A stretch of DNA of 63,282 nt, filler included, from Octopus bimaculoides (taxonomy: Eukaryota): NCBI RefSeq assembly GCF_001194135.2. It is 6 parts of 6 records of this genome, joined end to end, with 100 filler letters (N's around TTAATTAATTAA, not from the genome) between each part and the next. Parts side by side here need not be neighbours in the genome. Positions count along the whole stretch, not along the records: positions 54,934 to 61,550 come from NC_069005.1; positions 61,651 to 63,282 come from NC_068981.1; 4 more parts are not named here. One strand, written 5' to 3'. Positions within the stretch are counted from its first letter, which is position 1; each line of letters starts with the position of its first letter. Of the stretch, positions 59,976 to 63,282 are shown piece by piece. Position numbers and translations under genes: made by a program. The notes beneath the pieces are model-generated. The model was not told the origin of the DNA. It saw only the letters and a list, made by a program, of their open reading frames with translations, and did not search any database.

Positions 59976-60390
59976 ACTCTTATCTCTTTGGCTTCAGGAT
60001 TATCCTTCTAACGGACCTCATTATCCAGTATCTTGGCAACAGCATAATATCTCATCGGTAGATAATACCGCGATGACATTTTTGGACAACTGCTTATGCT
60101 GCGGATGATATATTCGCTGTTAAATTCATAAAGTCTGCATCAGTTATCACATGTTGTTTTTTTTTTCTTGCATCTCTGTTCCATTTGTGCATCAGATACT
60201 TGATTGCTGTTTCTTGTTCCAGAATTGCAAACGTATACCTTCAAAGTAAGAGTTAGGGATCCGATTGTTAGTCCACGATAGACTGCTTTTATGATCAATG
60301 TTACTGTCAGCCTAGAGCTTTCCGCTAACATAGCCATGCATGGACTTCTGCTGATATGCACTCATCCTTTCATCTGACGATATGCTGTAC
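59976..60390 (-). mobile_element. R4/Dong/NeSL-like LINE fragment, subfamily B
   Basis: QQKSMHGYVSGKL..SYFEG..ILEQE..DN*CRL..SSCPKMSSRYYLPMRY, homologous to 53130-53420. Confidence 0.75.
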
Positions 60391-60522
60391 GTATGTATGT
60401 ATATATGTATGTATGTATATATGTATGTATGTGTATGTATATGTTTTGATGTATGTGTGAATGTACATATATTTCTACGTATATATGTATGGATGTATGC
60501 AACTGTGCATGTATGATTAATA

Positions 60523-60566
<44 letters not shown>

Positions 60567-61075
60567 CGTACATGGATGTTTGAAAGCATGTCTACATCCA
60601 CGAACGTTTGTATGCATCTATTTTATATGCATGTATATATATATATANNNNNNNNNNNNNNNNNNNNNNNNNNNNNNNNNNNNNNNNNNNNNNNNNNNNN
60701 NNNNNNNNNNNNNNNNNNNNNNNNNNNNNNNNNNNNNNNNNNNNNNNNNNNNNNNNNNNNNNNNNNNNNNNNNNNNNNNNNNNNNNNNNNNNNNNNNNNN
60801 NNNNNNNNNNNNNNNNNNNNNNNNNNNNNNNNNNNNNNNNNNNNNNNNNNNNNNNNNNNNNNNNNNNNNNNNNNNNNNNNNNNNNNNNNNNNNNNNNNNN
60901 NNNNNNNNNNNNNNNNNNNNNNNNNNNNNNNNNNNNNNNNNNNNNNNNNNNNNNNNNNNNNNNNNNNNNNNNNNNNNNNNNNNNNNNNNNNNNNNNNNNN
61001 NNNNNNNNNNNNNNNNNATATATATATGCATATACTTCTCTGTGTGTATATATATGTACATGAATAATGTATATA

Positions 61076-61131
<56 letters not shown>

Positions 61132-61145
61132 CATACATACATACA

Positions 61146-61179
<34 letters not shown>

Positions 61180-61550
61180 CTTGTATACATACATGTATAC
61201 CTCTATATATGCATAAGCACGTGAGTGCAGAAATGGATGCCATTGCTTGCGTACATATGTAAGTATGTATGCATACATGTACAAATATATGCTCATCTGT
61301 ACATATACACACTTTGATGGAGTCACGGATATCAAGAGATATGTGGATATATGTGAAACATATGTATGCAACCATGGTGTTATATGTATGAGTGTTTGTA
61401 CATACTTGTATACGTATGTATATGTGTGCGTGTTTGTATATATATATATATATATATATAGTTATGCTTGTGTACGTATGTAGGCATGCATGAATTCATA
61501 TATGTATTTAGCTATGTATATGTGTGTGTATGTGTAAATATATATATATA

Positions 61551-61650
61551 NNNNNNNNNNNNNNNNNNNNNNNNNNNNNNNNNNNNNNNNNNNNTTAATT
61601 AATTAANNNNNNNNNNNNNNNNNNNNNNNNNNNNNNNNNNNNNNNNNNNN
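61551..61650. other. Artificial spacer 44N-TTAATTAATTAA-44N
   Basis: Identical 100-bp structure. Confidence 0.95.
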
Positions 61651-61724
<74 letters not shown>

Positions 61725-62429
61725 TTGCATTTTTACATGCATTATACACGCACACACACATGTAATTGAAAGCTACACCTAAAGGCGCGGTGTACTAGCA
61801 AATGCGGCGATTGTGGTAGAACTGTTTCAGACTCAACTTTCATTTCCGACGTGGCAAGACAATCTTCAGAACTCCAGGTGGGTCAGAATACCGCGTTAAC
61901 ATACTTTATGTAGAAAAGAAACAAGAAACGTAGACGGTATCCATGCTTTGTGCATTAATACCGACAATATTTCTTGTGTTCCTTGCATACATAATTTCCG
62001 TTGAATACATTTGATGTATCATAGAAATACTAATCATATATTAAATATTTACCACATAGCAGTTTACATAACTACGCGTTTGTTAGTCATATTGGCAGAT
62101 ATATATATAAGCTTGATCATCTAGTATATTATACGCCTCTGTTGAGTAGGCTCGAATCTGCTGACTAGTTTTAAATCTGTTATATAACCTTACATCTGTT
62201 GACTAGTTTTAAATCTGTTAACTAGCCTTTTATCTGTTGACTAGCTATGCTAAAAAATAGGAAAGCCTACCAAAACTGTTTTCCTTAGCTCTACAAAGGG
62301 CCAGACTTTCTGAAAAGAACTCTCAATAGTCTGCTTTCATCGATTCGAGTGAATCTGTAGTCTCTTGCCATGCAATTTGAACTAGATTATACCGTGTAAT
62401 ACTATTTTTCTCCTTGGATAGCAGCTGTT

Positions 62430-62632
62430 ATCTGTGTTTGTATCCCACGTCCACTTGACAACTGATTTTGGTGTGCTTAAATCCACGTAACTTAGTGGTT
62501 CGACAAAAGATTCCTATAGAATAAGTACCAGGCTACACAAAAATAAGTTCCGAGGTCGATTCATTCAACTAGAATTCTTCAGTGCGGTATCCCAGCATGG
62601 CCGCAGTATAGTTACTGAAACAGGTAAAAGTT
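62430..62632 (+). mobile_element. SINE family B 3' half (degenerate)
   Basis: CTTGACAACTGATTTTGGTGTG..ATAGAATAAGTACCAGGC..CCCAGCATGGCCGCAGT..ACTGAAACAGGTAAAAG. Confidence 0.75.
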
Positions 62633-62934
62633 AGCAGATGTACGTTGTAGCCTCTGGAATATACAATTTTAGCTGAATTGGAAAGGTGGGATAATGCGAA
62701 CAGATCCAGGTTATGCTTGAAAGTAACAAGAGATCAATTTCAAATTACGTACAGGTAACTTGAAATTTAAGTAGCTTAAAGTCATTATACCGGGCGTTTT
62801 CCCTTAAACTCTGGCAATCCAAGCAGTGAAAACTATATTCCTTGTTTTTCGCATATTCCCCAAACTGACACATCTAGACTAATGAGATTCCTCGAAAATT
62901 GGGGGTCGTAAAAATTCGTCAAAGATAACTTACA

Positions 62935-63282
62935 GTGTGATAAGGATGACGCATCGGGAGCTCTGTAGGATGATCTATTGGGAGCTCTGTAGGATGATCC
63001 ATTGGGAGCTCTGTAGGATGATCCATTGGGAACTCTGTAGGATGATCCATTGGGAGCTCTGTAGGATGATCCATTGGGAGCTCATACCACAAAGGTGTGA
63101 TATGAGAAAATCTCAGAAGGAATCATTGAGAGTGAGAATTGCGAAATCCTGTGGAATACAATGATCCAGTGCGATCACCTGACCAGACATCGGAAACCGG
63201 ATGTTTGTTGTGGTGAATAAAAAAAGAAAGAACATGCATGATAATAGACATAGCATGCTCCGGTGACAACAGGATCATTGTG
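62935..63282 (+). mobile_element. R4/Dong-like LINE RLE fragment (subfamily A) running off the window end
   Basis: RMIHWEL..IIESENCEILWNTMIQCDHLTRHRKPD..VVNKK..CMIIDIACSGDNRII. Confidence 0.85.
62943..63083 (+). repeat. 24-bp tandem repeat AGGATGATCCATTGGGAGCTCTGT, ~5.9 copies (RMIHWELC)
   Basis: Units start at 62943, 62967, 62991, 63015, 63039 and 63063. Confidence 0.97.

Noticed and set aside
62943-63083. 24-bp repeats as a CRISPR array
   Set aside because: Units are contiguous with no spacers and are an in-frame part of a LINE coding motif in eukaryotic DNA.

Overview
AT-rich, microsatellite-dense animal genomic DNA with many N gaps. The repeat families suggest a cephalopod such as Octopus (inference, not verified). 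The window is six sequence blocks joined by five identical artificial 100-bp spacers (44N-TTAATTAATTAA-44N), so adjacency across spacers cannot be trusted. No host protein-coding gene, RNA gene or CRISPR array can be supported. Recognisable content is transposon-derived: Tx1/L1-like, R4/Dong-like (RLE), RTE, CR1/L2-like and Penelope retroelements, two tRNA-like SINE families, Tc1/mariner, Tigger, Helitron and MITE remnants. The most striking structure is a 799-bp non-coding foldback element (43198-43996) with 29-bp perfect TIRs, an 8-bp TSD and GG..CC termini (Merlin-like). Its core is a head-to-head (TTAGGG)-like/(CCCTAA)-like array that mimics a telomere-fusion site, and each arm carries a CCAAT + CRE-like motif pair. 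Other highlights: an inverted near-identical Penelope GIY-YIG duplication bracketing 1.47 kb, two long hairpins, a copy-number-variable stem-loop in Tx1 3' UTRs, an in-frame 24-bp tandem expansion at a LINE 5' junction, a hammerhead-like motif in a small repeat family, and a CpG-decay signature confined to block 39565-50929. All alignments and translations were done by eye, and coordinates of degenerate elements are approximate.
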